Shown: one piece after another, positions 20,351 through 30,300 of the stretch | Layout of the letters: every line of letters begins with the position of its first letter | Position numbering within the stretch: position 1 is the stretch's first letter | NCBI GenBank assembly: GCA_965217775.1 | Contig: CBDCJH010000001.1 | Location: 64,001-128,000, forward strand | DNA: 64,000 nt | Direction of reading: 5' to 3' | From: Acidobacteriota bacterium | Lineage (GTDB): Bacteria > Acidobacteriota > UBA6911 > RPQK01 > JAJDTT01 | Translations under genes and position numbers: made by a program | Notes under the pieces: generated by a model | Told to the model about the DNA's origin: nothing | What the model saw: the letters and a program-made list of their open reading frames with translations, nothing else | The model's database searches: none

Positions 20351-21735
20351 GACGGAGGTTGTCCCTCACCCTTGATTCGCCTGAGTCCGAACTTCCGCAT
20401 CCGGTAGATCAGAGTGTTTCTGGTGATCCCCAGGTACCGCGCCGTACGAACCTGATTCCAGCGGTTCCGCTCCAGCGCCGCCAGCAGGATGTCACGCTCC
20501 AGCTCTTGCAGAGAAAAGCCTTTCTCCGGGAGCCGGAACATCCGGCCGTACGAATCCGCGGGAGGGCGGCGGATCTCGATGGGCAGGTCCTCGCGCTCGA
20601 CGCTTCCGGTCCGGTTGAAGAGCACCAGCCTCTCGACGACGTTTTCCAGCTCCCGGACATTGCCGGGCCAACGGTACGACTGCAGCAGCGAAACCCCCTC
20701 TTCCCCGAACCGCACCTCCTTTCCCAGTTTCCGGGACGACTCACTCTGGAAATGGTGGATCAGAAGCGGGACGTCTTCCCGGCGCTCCCGCAAGGGGGGG
20801 ATCCTCAAGGGCGCGACCGAGAGCCGATAGAACAGATCTTGCCGGAATCGGCCCTCGGCCATGTTCCGGACCAGGTCCTGATTCGTGGCCGCCAGGATCC
20901 GGACGTCCACGGGAGAGGGTACGGGGTCTCCGATCACATCCATCTCCTTGTGCTGCAATACCCGGAGCAGCTTCACCTGCATATCCAGCGGAAGCTCCGC
21001 CACCTCATCCAGGAACAGAGTCCCGGTGTCCGCCACGGCGAACTTTCCATGCCTGTCGGCGACGGCTCCGGTGAATGCGCCCTTCCGGTGACCGAAGAGT
21101 TCGGACTCCATCAGGTCCCGCGGAATGGCGCCGCAGTTGACCACCACGAAGGGACGATCCCGGCGCGGACCGTTGAAATGGATGGCCCGCGCCAGGAGTT
21201 CCTTCCCGGTCCCCGTCTCTCCCTGAATCAGAACCGTCGTCCCCACCGCCGCCAGTTGGCGCGCCATGTCCAGGACCTCCCGGAACTCCTTGGACGATCC
21301 CACGATCCCCTCGAACTCGAACCTGCGCTGCACCTCCCGGGAGAGTCTCCGGTTCTCCCGAATCAACTGCGTCATCTGCAGGGCTTTCCGGATGGAGTGG
21401 TGGATCTCCTCCCGCTCGAAGGGCTTGGTCAGAAAATCGGAGGCCCCGCCCTTGACGGCGTCGACGGCCCCCTCGATGGAGCCGTGGGCGGTCAGGACGA
21501 TCACGGGCAGGTCCGGGTCCAGCCGGCGGATCCGTTCCAGCAACTGGAGGCCGTCCATCCCCGGCATGCGAAGGTCGGTGACCACCAGGTCCACGTCGGA
21601 CTCGCGAACCCGGTCCAAGGCGCGGTCACCGGAAGAGACGCAGCAAGTGTCGTACCCGAACTGCTCGACCTGATAACCCAGGACCCGCAGGAAATTCCGG
21701 TCGTCGTCGACCAACAGGATCCGTTCGGATTTCAT
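20347..21735 (-). CDS. Sigma-54-dependent response regulator (NtrC/ZraR family)
   Basis: REC domain, GETGTGKE, GAFTGA, WPGNVREL, Fis-type HTH. Confidence 0.95.
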
Positions 21736-21759
21736 CTTCTATCCATTGTAACCAACATG

Positions 21760-21814
21760 TGTATCATATGAGACATCTGTTTTATTTCCCACATTCTATG
21801 ATTCATATGAACCA
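21760..21814. promoter_or_regulatory. Two palindromic putative enhancer (UAS) sites
   Basis: TGTATCATATGAGACA (21760-21775) and TGATTCATATGAACCA (21799-21814). Confidence 0.65.
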
Positions 21815-21915
21815 TAGAACAGGCTCGTCGATCCCCGGACCGTCTCCGGCCGGTAAGCATCAAATATCCAATTTGGAAGGACTTAGCACCCGCATCCGGG
21901 GGCAGGAGCTCCAGT

Positions 21916-21930
21916 TGGATCGGAAATTGC
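21916..21930 (+). promoter_or_regulatory. Sigma-54 -24/-12 promoter for tolC-cusBA
   Basis: TGG-ATCGGAAA-TTGC with exact GG-N10-GC spacing, next to a sigma-54 activator gene. Confidence 0.7.
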
Positions 21931-21961
21931 GTGCGAAAACAGGCGAGCCGGACAAGTGACG

Positions 21962-23461
21962 ATGAAGAGATCGACACCCTTAACAGCCCGTGGTGAAAGT
22001 CGCCACGGCATTCGACCGTCCCTGCATCCCGGCGAACTGCGTTGCGATCGGCTCACATACTCCCGGTATGCTCCCTCATCGCGCCTTGTCCGGCGGGCGC
22101 AGGAACGGTCTCGGTGCTCGCGGGACTCTCACCACGGACTGTTAATCCTGACGGCCGTATTGCTGGGAGTCGGGCTCCTCCTGCCGGGGGTCCCCGGAGT
22201 CTACGGAGCGCAGCCGGATGCGGAGCAAGCCTTCCACATCCCGGACCCGCTGCTGGGTGAGTACATTCGCACCGCCCTCGACTCCAACCCCTCCATCCTG
22301 ACCGAGCTGGCCCGTTACCGTGCGGCTCTCCAGAAGGTGCCCCAGCAGACCGCTCTTCCCGATCCCATGGTGAGCTTCGGCCGCTACCTTCGCAGCGTAG
22401 AAACCCGGGAAGGTCCTCAACTGAGCACGCTCACACTCAGCCAGCGGTTCCCCTGGTTCGGCAAGCTGGACCTGAAGGGCAAGATCGCCTTCAAACGGGC
22501 GGCGGCCCGATACCGTCTCTACCGCGCCCGGGAAAGGGAAGTCGCCGCCGACGTGAAGCGAAACTTCTACGACGTGGCCTTTCTGGACCGGGCCCTGGAA
22601 GTCGTACAGGAGGAGAAATCTCTGCTGGCTCACTACGAGAATCTGGCTCAGGCTCGTTACGCTTCGGGCAAGGGACACCAGCAGGAGGTGATCCGGATCC
22701 AGGCCGAGATCAGCCGGACCATGAGCCGGCTGGAACTGCTGGGACAACAACGCCAATCGGCGGCGGCACGACTGAACAGCCTGCTGGACCAGCCTCCGGA
22801 AAAGCCCGTGCCTCGACTCCTGCTTCCCGCTGCGGCGAAGGTCAGTATCAACTTGGATGAATTGTACGAGCTGGGGAAGCTTCACCGGCAGGAACTCAAG
22901 GGGACCATGGCGCGGATCGAAGCTTCGGAGCAGGGCGTGGAGCTGGCCAAGAAGAGTTTCTGGCCGGATTTCACACTGACTGCGGGGACCGTCAACGTGG
23001 GCGGTCTTCCGCCGCAGGACCTGTTGCCGGCGACGCGTCCCGGCGGCGGAAAGAATGCCTACAACCTCTCGGTGGGCATCAACATTCCCCTCCAAAGGCA
23101 CAAATACCGCGCGGAGGTGATGGAGGCCGCGGAAAACCTGATCGCCGAACGCAGCACGTATCGAGATCTGCGAAACCGGATTCAACTCTCCATCCGGGAC
23201 CTGGCGGTTCGCATCCAGACCCTGTGGAGACAGATGGACCTGTTTGAACGGGTCCTGATTCCCCAGACCCGGGAGGCGCTCCGTTCCGCCGAGTCCGGAT
23301 ACCGGAACGGGCAGTTGGGGGCCCTGGAGCTCTTGGACAGCGAACGGTCCCTGTTGGAAACGCGCGTGCTCCAGGCTCGCCACCGGGCCGACTATTTGCA
23401 GGCCCTGGCGGAAATGGAGCGGGCCGTCGGAGCACGTTACCCCGGATCGGGAGAAGACTGA
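21962..23461 (+). CDS. TolC-family outer-membrane factor (CusC role)
   Basis: ALPDPMVSF, SQRFPWFGKL, YRNGQLGALELLD. Lies upstream of cusB and cusA. Confidence 0.9.
   Translation: MKRSTPLTARGESRHGIRPSLHPGELRCDRLTYSRYAPSSRLVRRAQERSRCSRDSHHGLLILTAVLLGVGLLLPGVPGVYGAQPDAEQAFHIPDPLLGEYIRTALDSNPSILTELARYRAALQKVPQQTALPDPMVSFGRYLRSVETREGPQLSTLTLSQRFPWFGKLDLKGKIAFKRAAARYRLYRAREREVAADVKRNFYDVAFLDRALEVVQEEKSLLAHYENLAQARYASGKGHQQEVIRIQAEISRTMSRLELLGQQRQSAAARLNSLLDQPPEKPVPRLLLPAAAKVSINLDELYELGKLHRQELKGTMARIEASEQGVELAKKSFWPDFTLTAGTVNVGGLPPQDLLPATRPGGGKNAYNLSVGINIPLQRHKYRAEVMEAAENLIAERSTYRDLRNRIQLSIRDLAVRIQTLWRQMDLFERVLIPQTREALRSAESGYRNGQLGALELLDSERSLLETRVLQARHRADYLQALAEMERAVGARYPGSGED
21984..22141. mobile_element. 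158-bp MITE with TTAA target duplication, in frame inside tolC
   Basis: TIRs CAGCCCGTGGTGA / TCACCACGGACTG, with TTAA on both sides. A second, inverted copy lies at 55024-55182. Confidence 0.88.
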
Positions 23462-24963
23462 TGAAAAGATGGGTTCTACCGGTCTTGCTGATTTTTCTGG
23501 CGGCGGCCGCCCTGATCCTGGTGGATCCTTTCGATTGGCGCCTGATCCATCGGTTCCGGAAGGGAATCCCCTCCTGGTTCGGCATTCTGTCTCCCCAACG
23601 AGATTCCCAGGAGGGACAGCTCTGGACCTGCGGCATGCATCCCCAGGTCATCCGCCAAGGGCCGGGAAGCTGTCCGCTCTGCGGGATGCGCCTGAGTCCG
23701 TTGAAAGGATCGACCGCCGGCCGGGAAGGCTCCGGGACAGATCGGGAAGGTGCCGGGACCGACCACGTCATGTCCCGTTCCCGACTCTCGCACGGCTCCA
23801 CGGGCGACACCGGTGTTTCCGGCGAAACGGAGACACGCACCGCAGACAACCAACAGCCGGACGTTCCGGAAACGGAAATCGAGACCCGTCATCAGGACGT
23901 CGTTCGAATCGACCCGTCCTTCGTCCAGAACTTCGGCGTGCAGTGGGTCGCAGTCCGGCGGGTCGATCTCTCCTTCACCATCCGAACCGTGGGAAACCTG
24001 GTCCACGACGAAGGGAAGATGTCCTGGATCAACACCAAGTACGACGGTTGGATCGAGAAGGCTCACGTCAACTACGTGGGTGAGCCGGTCGAGAGAGGCC
24101 AGAAGCTGCTGGAGATCTACAGCCCCGAACTGGTGACCACCCAGCAGGAGTATCTGCAGGCCATGGACTACGCCGAGCGGCTCGGCGGAAACCAGTACCC
24201 CGAGGTCGCCGAGCGGGCCCGATCCCTGGTGGAGTCCAGCCGGCGCCGGCTGGATCACTGGGACGTCGACTCGGACCAGATCCGCCGTCTGGAAGAGTCC
24301 CGAGAGCCCCGGCACACCGTCACCTTGGTATCACCGGTCAGCGGAGTGGTGGTGGAGAAAATGGACAAGGCGTTGGAGGGGATGCGAGTCCGTCCCGGAA
24401 TGAACCTCTACAAGATCGCCGATCCTTCCAGCCTCTGGGTGGAGGCGGAGGTCTTCGAGCATCAGATTCCCTGGCTGCAGATCGGACAGGCCGCCTCCAT
24501 CGAGATTCCTGCCCAACCGGGACAAAAATTTCAAGGCGCCGTCCGGTTCCTGTCCCCCGCCATCAGCGGCCGGACCCGGACTCTCAAGGTGTCGGTGGAG
24601 TTGATGGATCCCGATCCGAGCCTTCGCGCCGACATGTACGCCAACGTCACCTTCGACGTGTCATCGGTCCGCGGAGCACTGGCGGTTCCCGAGGACTCGG
24701 TGATCCACAGCGGCCGCCGGAACCTGGTGGTCCTGGATCGGGGAAATGGAGCCTTCCAGGTCCGGGTGGTGGTGTTGGGCAGAAACGGCAATGGATTCTG
24801 GGAAGTGAGGAAGGGTCTGGCCGTTGGCGATCGGGTCGTGATCTCTTCCCAATTCCTCATCGATTCGGAGAGCCGTCTGAAGGAGGCCATTCGGAAAATC
24901 GTCTCTCCGAACTCCACGGACGCCACGGGGAACACAGGATCCTCCATGCATCATCAGCACTGA
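23461..24963 (+). CDS. cusB: CusB-type RND periplasmic adaptor
   Basis: WTCGMHP..CPLCGM metal-binding domain, IYSPELVTTQQEY, SQFLIDSES, His-rich tail. Confidence 0.92.
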   Translation: MKRWVLPVLLIFLAAAALILVDPFDWRLIHRFRKGIPSWFGILSPQRDSQEGQLWTCGMHPQVIRQGPGSCPLCGMRLSPLKGSTAGREGSGTDREGAGTDHVMSRSRLSHGSTGDTGVSGETETRTADNQQPDVPETEIETRHQDVVRIDPSFVQNFGVQWVAVRRVDLSFTIRTVGNLVHDEGKMSWINTKYDGWIEKAHVNYVGEPVERGQKLLEIYSPELVTTQQEYLQAMDYAERLGGNQYPEVAERARSLVESSRRRLDHWDVDSDQIRRLEESREPRHTVTLVSPVSGVVVEKMDKALEGMRVRPGMNLYKIADPSSLWVEAEVFEHQIPWLQIGQAASIEIPAQPGQKFQGAVRFLSPAISGRTRTLKVSVELMDPDPSLRADMYANVTFDVSSVRGALAVPEDSVIHSGRRNLVVLDRGNGAFQVRVVVLGRNGNGFWEVRKGLAVGDRVVISSQFLIDSESRLKEAIRKIVSPNSTDATGNTGSSMHHQH

Positions 24964-24989
24964 AGGTCCAACCCACGGTGATCTGAGAA

Positions 24990-27900
24990 ATGCTTGGGAA
25001 AATCATCGACTGGTCCCTGGAAAACCGCCTCCTGGTCATCCTGGCCACCGGTTTCATCATCATCGCCGGACTGTATTCCTTCCGGCAGACCCCCCTGGAC
25101 GCCATTCCGGACCTCTCTGACGTCCAGGTCATCATTTACGCCGAATACCCGGGCCAGGCCCCGCAGGTGGTGGAAGACCAGTTGACCTACCCCATCACCA
25201 CCCAGATGCTCTCCGTGCCCTATTCGAAAGCCGTGCGGGGGTACTCTTTCTTCGGTTATTCCTTCGTCTACGTCATCTTCGAAGACGGGACCGACATGTA
25301 CTGGGCCCGGAGCCGGGTGCTGGAGTCCCTGAACTACGTCAGCACCCGTCTGCCCGAAGGAGTGAGTCCCACCCTGGGACCGGACGCCAGCGGCGTCGGG
25401 TGGGCCTTCATGTACGTCCTCAAATCGGAACGGAGAAACCTGGCCGAGCTTCGCAGCCTCCAGGACTGGTTCCTCAAGTACGAGCTCACCTCGGTCGACG
25501 GCGTGTCGGAAGTCGCGAGCGTCGGCGGCTTCGTCAAGCAGTACCAGATCACCGTGGATCCCAACAGGCTCCGAGCCTACGACATTCCCATCTCCCAGAT
25601 TCGCCAGGCCGTCCAGCGGAGCAACAGCGAAGTGGGGGGACGGGTCCTGGAGATGTCGGAAACCGAGTTCATGATCCGCGGCCGGGGATATATCCGGAAC
25701 GTGGCGGACCTCCGGGAGATTGCGTTGGCGGTGTCTCCGGCCGGAACGCCGATTCTCCTGAGAGACGTGGCCACGGTCCAGATGGGACCCGAAATGCGGC
25801 GGGGGATCGCTGAATTCAACGGCGAGGGAGAGGTGGTGGGCGGAATCGTCGTGGTGCGGTCCGGGGCCAATACCCACCAGGTCATTCAAGGAGTCAAGGA
25901 GAAGTTGGAGGAGCTGCGCCAGGGTCTGCCCGGGGACGTCGAGATCCTGACCGTCTACGACCGGTCGGCTCTGATCGAACGGGCGGTGAAGACACTGGGG
26001 GAGAAACTCCTGGAAGAGGGGCTGGCGGTCGCCCTGGTGTGCATCCTGTTCCTGCTCCATTTGCGCTCCTCGCTGGTGGCCATCATCACCTTGCCGGTGG
26101 CGGTCCTGATCTCCTTCATCGTCATGGAGCAGCAGGGGATCGACGCCAACATCATGTCTCTGGGGGGCATCGCCATCGCCATCGGGGCCATGGTCGACGG
26201 CGCCGTCATCATGATCGAGAACGCCCACAAGCACCTGGAGGCGGATCGCGGCCGCAAGGACCACTGGCAGATCATCGCCGAGGCCTCCAAGGAGGTCGGC
26301 CCCACCCTCTTCTTCGCCATGCTGGTCATCACCGTCTCCTTCATTCCCGTCTTCACTCTGGAGGCCCAGGAAGGGAGGCTCTTCAAGCCCTTGGCCTTCA
26401 CCAAGACCTGGTCCATGGCGGCGGCTTCGATTCTGGCGATCACTCTGGTGCCGGTCCTCATGGGTTACTGGATTCGGGGCCGGATCCGGTCCGAGAAGAG
26501 GAATCCCCTCAGCCGTATCCTGATCCGGCTCTACGACCCGGTGCTCCGTCTCCTGCTGAGGTGGAAGTGGACGGTCCTGCTCCTCACCGCCGGGACCTTG
26601 GGGTTGACCTGGTTTCCCTACTCCCGCCTGGGATCCGAGTTCATGCCGCCCCTCTATGAAGGCGACCTGCTCTACATGCCCACCACCCTGCCCGGAATCT
26701 CCACCACCAAGGCCCGAGAGATCCTGCAGCAGACAGACAGGATCATCGCCAGCTTTCCCGAGGTCGACCGCGTCTTCGGAAAGATCGGGCGAGCCGACAC
26801 GGCCACCGACCCCGCCCCCCTGAACATGATCGAAACCACCATCATGCTCAAACCCGAGTCGGAGTGGCGCCCCGGCATGACCCCGGACACCCTCATCGCT
26901 GAGTTGAACCAGGCCATTCAGTTCCCTGGACTCACCAACACCTGGACCATGCCCATCAAGACCCGGATCGCCATGCTCTCCACCGGAATCAAGACCCCGG
27001 TCGGGATCAAGTTGTCGGGACCGGACCTTACCGTGCTCCAGAACCTGGGGCAGGAGATCGAGGCGGTGGTCCGCCGCCTGCCCGGCACCCTCTCCGTCTA
27101 CTCGGAGCGGGTCATGGAGGGCAACTACCTGGACTTCGACATCCGGCGGGACGCCATTGCCCGCTACGGGCTCACCGTGGGCGACGTCCAGGATGTGATC
27201 CAGTCGGCCATCGGCGGAATGAACATCACCACCACCGTCGAGGGTCTGGAGCGCTATCCGGTGAATCTACGCTACAGCCGGGAATTGCGGGACAACCTTC
27301 CTGCCCTGCGGGAAATCCTGGTTCCCACACCACGGGGGTCGCAGATCCCCCTGGGACAGTTGGCCTCCATCCGAATCCGGAAGGGGCCGGCTTCCATCAA
27401 GACCGAGAATTCCCGCCCCAACGCCTGGATCTACGTCGACCTGGCAGACATCGACGTGGGGAACTACGTGACCATGGCGCGGCAGGCGGTCGCGGGCCAA
27501 GTCGACGTTCCCGACGGATACAACGTCGTCTGGAGCGGTCAGTACGAGCACATGGTGCGGACCCGCCAACACCTGATGGCCGTGATCCCCATGACCCTGT
27601 TGATCGTCTTCGTCATCATCTACCTGAACACGCGCTCCGTTTTCGAGACGGCCATCGTGTTTCTGGCGGTCCCCTTCTCCCTGGTGGGAGCGTTCTGGCT
27701 GCTCTATCTGCTCGACTACAACATGAGCGTTGCGGTCTGGGTCGGGATCATCGCCCTGATGGGACTGGATGCGGAAACCGGCGTGGTGATGCTACTCTAC
27801 CTGAACGTGGCCTACGGGAAGGCAGTCCGGGAGGGTCGCATGCAGCGGCTTTCGGATCTGACCGGTTGCATCCGCGAGGGCGCGGTCCACCGTGTGCGCC

Positions 27901-28088
27901 CCAAGGTGATGACGGCCTGCATCATCCTGGCGGGTCTCATTCCCATCATGTGGAGCCGTGGAGCCGGCGCGGACGTCATGAAGAGAATCGCCGCACCCAT
28001 GGTCGGCGGAGTGACGACTTCCGTCCTCCTGGAACTCTGTGTCTACCCCGTCATCTACTACATCTGGAAGGGTTGGAGGCTGAAATGA
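24990..28088 (+). CDS. cusA: CusA/CzcA heavy-metal RND permease
   Basis: LDAIPDLSDVQV, MSLGGIAIAIGAMVD, EGDLLYMP, DPAPLNMIET, RVRPKVMT. Confidence 0.96.
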   Translation: MLGKIIDWSLENRLLVILATGFIIIAGLYSFRQTPLDAIPDLSDVQVIIYAEYPGQAPQVVEDQLTYPITTQMLSVPYSKAVRGYSFFGYSFVYVIFEDGTDMYWARSRVLESLNYVSTRLPEGVSPTLGPDASGVGWAFMYVLKSERRNLAELRSLQDWFLKYELTSVDGVSEVASVGGFVKQYQITVDPNRLRAYDIPISQIRQAVQRSNSEVGGRVLEMSETEFMIRGRGYIRNVADLREIALAVSPAGTPILLRDVATVQMGPEMRRGIAEFNGEGEVVGGIVVVRSGANTHQVIQGVKEKLEELRQGLPGDVEILTVYDRSALIERAVKTLGEKLLEEGLAVALVCILFLLHLRSSLVAIITLPVAVLISFIVMEQQGIDANIMSLGGIAIAIGAMVDGAVIMIENAHKHLEADRGRKDHWQIIAEASKEVGPTLFFAMLVITVSFIPVFTLEAQEGRLFKPLAFTKTWSMAAASILAITLVPVLMGYWIRGRIRSEKRNPLSRILIRLYDPVLRLLLRWKWTVLLLTAGTLGLTWFPYSRLGSEFMPPLYEGDLLYMPTTLPGISTTKAREILQQTDRIIASFPEVDRVFGKIGRADTATDPAPLNMIETTIMLKPESEWRPGMTPDTLIAELNQAIQFPGLTNTWTMPIKTRIAMLSTGIKTPVGIKLSGPDLTVLQNLGQEIEAVVRRLPGTLSVYSERVMEGNYLDFDIRRDAIARYGLTVGDVQDVIQSAIGGMNITTTVEGLERYPVNLRYSRELRDNLPALREILVPTPRGSQIPLGQLASIRIRKGPASIKTENSRPNAWIYVDLADIDVGNYVTMARQAVAGQVDVPDGYNVVWSGQYEHMVRTRQHLMAVIPMTLLIVFVIIYLNTRSVFETAIVFLAVPFSLVGAFWLLYLLDYNMSVAVWVGIIALMGLDAETGVVMLLYLNVAYGKAVREGRMQRLSDLTGCIREGAVHRVRPKVMTACIILAGLIPIMWSRGAGADVMKRIAAPMVGGVTTSVLLELCVYPVIYYIWKGWRLK

Positions 28089-28765
28089 AACCAAGTCTGT
28101 TCGCTCTCCTGACACTGCTCTGTTTCGCCACCGGCGCCTGGGGAGATTCGATGCGGGTCCGGCACGACCACGATCCCTGGGGCAAGTGCGAAGGCGAATT
28201 GATCATCGACCAGGAGGGGATCGAATACCGGTCGCCGAAAAAGATGGACCACAACCGGAAGTGGGTCTGGCAAGACATTCAGAGCGTCGACCGCAAGTCC
28301 CCCTCTCGCCTGAGCGTGCTCACCTACGAAGACCAGAAGCTCCGTCTGGGCCAGGACAAGGTCTTCGACTTCGAGCTGCTGTCTCCTGATCAGACTTTTT
28401 CCGACCAGACGCTGTCGCTCATCTCCGGCAAGCTGAAGAAACCGGTGACCGATCGCGTCACCGACCCCATTGATGCCGAGTACCAGGTCCCGGCCAAACA
28501 CAAGCACACTCTCGGAGGCTGCGAAGGCACGCTCTATTTCGGACCGGAGACCATCGTCTACGACAGCGAGGACTCGTCGGATTCGAGGAAATGGAGAAAG
28601 GATCGGGACGTGGCCAACGTCTGGTCCTCGCAACGGTACGAGCTGGAGATCCGGACTTTCGAAGAGAACCGCCGCAACTTCGACAAGATGCGGGTCTTTC
28701 GCTTTCAGCTCAAGGAGCCTCTGAATCAGGCATACTATGAGAAACTTCGTCGCGAACTGCCGTAG
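28085..28765 (+). CDS. Secreted hypothetical protein with internal duplication
   Basis: Signal peptide. Two repeats, HDHDPWGKCEGEL and HKHTLGGCEGTL. Confidence 0.75.
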   Translation: MKPSLFALLTLLCFATGAWGDSMRVRHDHDPWGKCEGELIIDQEGIEYRSPKKMDHNRKWVWQDIQSVDRKSPSRLSVLTYEDQKLRLGQDKVFDFELLSPDQTFSDQTLSLISGKLKKPVTDRVTDPIDAEYQVPAKHKHTLGGCEGTLYFGPETIVYDSEDSSDSRKWRKDRDVANVWSSQRYELEIRTFEENRRNFDKMRVFRFQLKEPLNQAYYEKLRRELP

Positions 28766-28804
28766 TCTTGGCGAGTGGCGACCGGCCCCCAGGGTAACTG
28801 TGTC

Positions 28805-29344
28805 ATGAAGGAAAATGGGCCGCCGCCCGACGCTCCGGCCAAGCGTGCCGGTAGGGGCTCCCAGGTGTTTCGAGGAACTGCGCTCATACTGTTGATATTG
28901 CTGCTGGGCGGCAGCGGCTATTTCCTGTACACGCTGGAGACGGGAACCTGCGCCGTCTGCCAGAGACCTCTGCATGGAGACTCGACCTACCGAATCGTAC
29001 TTTCCGGAGGAGAGGACATCGACGTCTGCTGTCCTCGTTGCGGGCTCCATTACCAGGAGCTGAACGGCCACCGGGTGAAAGAGGCGTGGATTGGAGACGT
29101 CGCCACCGGAGAGCTCCTCCCCGCCGAGCAGGCCGTCTACGTCGAAGACAGCTCGATTCGCCAATGCTGCTCGCTGGAACGGCCCCGGGAAGATGGATCC
29201 GGCCACCAGTACACTCTGGCCTGGGACCGGTGCCTGCCCGGCCTGGTCGCCTTCAAGGACCGCCGGAGCGCTCTGGAATTCCAAGCAGGCCGCGGCGGCG
29301 TTATCCGAAGTTACCAGGAGCTGTTGGCGGCGGGTCACCGGTAA
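28805..29344 (+). CDS. Membrane-anchored NosL-like Cys-rich metal-binding protein
   Basis: TM, CAVC, CCPRC, AEQAVYV, LVAFKDRRSALEF..GG.I.SY (NosL-like C-terminus). Confidence 0.65.
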   Translation: MKENGPPPDAPAKRAGRGSQVFRGTALILLILLLGGSGYFLYTLETGTCAVCQRPLHGDSTYRIVLSGGEDIDVCCPRCGLHYQELNGHRVKEAWIGDVATGELLPAEQAVYVEDSSIRQCCSLERPREDGSGHQYTLAWDRCLPGLVAFKDRRSALEFQAGRGGVIRSYQELLAAGHR

Positions 29345-29382
29345 CGGCGAGTCCGCAGGGCAGCGCAATCAGGGAGAGAACC

Positions 29383-30261
29383 ATGAAGAGAAGACGATTT
29401 CTGGGGGCTGCGACGGCATCGGTGTCGGCCGGACTCTGGACCGGAGAAACTTCCGCCTTGCCCGTTTCGACCCGGCAAACCACCCGGACACCTCCCCTGC
29501 GCCTGGGAACGGTCACCTACAACCTGGGCCGGAATTGGGACCTGGAGACGCTCATCCGCAACTGCACCGAAACCGGGTTCGAGGGGGTCGAGCTGCGCAG
29601 CACCCACGCCCACGGCGTCGAGATCGACATTTCTCCCGAGAAGCGCCGGGAGGTGATGATGCGATTTCAGGATTCACCGGTCCGCCTGGTGGGCCTGGGC
29701 AGCGCCTGCGAGTATCACTCACCCGATCCGGAAGTCCTGCGCCGCAACATCGAAGAGACCAAGGATTTTGTCCGGCTGGCCCACGACGTCGGCGCCCCCG
29801 GCGTCAAGGTGCGCCCCAACGGTCTTCCCGAAGGGGTCCCGGAGGAGAAGACCCTGGAACAGATCGGACTGGCCCTGCGGGAATGCGGAGCCTACGGCAA
29901 CGGCTGGGGCGTCCAGATCCGGATGGAGGTTCACGGACGCGAAACCGGCCGCATCCCCCGCATCCGCAAGATGCTGGACTATGCGGATCACGACAACGTC
30001 CGGATCTGTTGGAACTCCAACAAGACGGATCTTCTGGACGGGGGGGTGGAGACCAACTTCAACCGGATCAAGGACCGGATCTCGCTGGTCCACATGCGGG
30101 ACCTCTTCGTCGAAGAGTACCCGTGGCGGCTCCTCTTCCGCCTGCTCCGGGAGATGGAATACCCGGGCTACTGCCTGGCCGAGATCCCCGAGAGCACCGA
30201 TCCGATCCGGGTCATGCGTTACTACCGGACCCTGTTCCGAGCCTTCCAGGGGCTGGTCTGA
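29383..30261 (+). CDS. Tat-exported sugar phosphate isomerase/epimerase (xylose-isomerase-like TIM barrel)
   Basis: MKRRRFLG signal, GFEGVELR, MEVHG, VHMRD. Confidence 0.85.
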   Translation: MKRRRFLGAATASVSAGLWTGETSALPVSTRQTTRTPPLRLGTVTYNLGRNWDLETLIRNCTETGFEGVELRSTHAHGVEIDISPEKRREVMMRFQDSPVRLVGLGSACEYHSPDPEVLRRNIEETKDFVRLAHDVGAPGVKVRPNGLPEGVPEEKTLEQIGLALRECGAYGNGWGVQIRMEVHGRETGRIPRIRKMLDYADHDNVRICWNSNKTDLLDGGVETNFNRIKDRISLVHMRDLFVEEYPWRLLFRLLREMEYPGYCLAEIPESTDPIRVMRYYRTLFRAFQGLV

Positions 30262-30300
30262 GGCCGCGGCCGTGTCCCCAGCGACCACCGTCCCGGTAAC

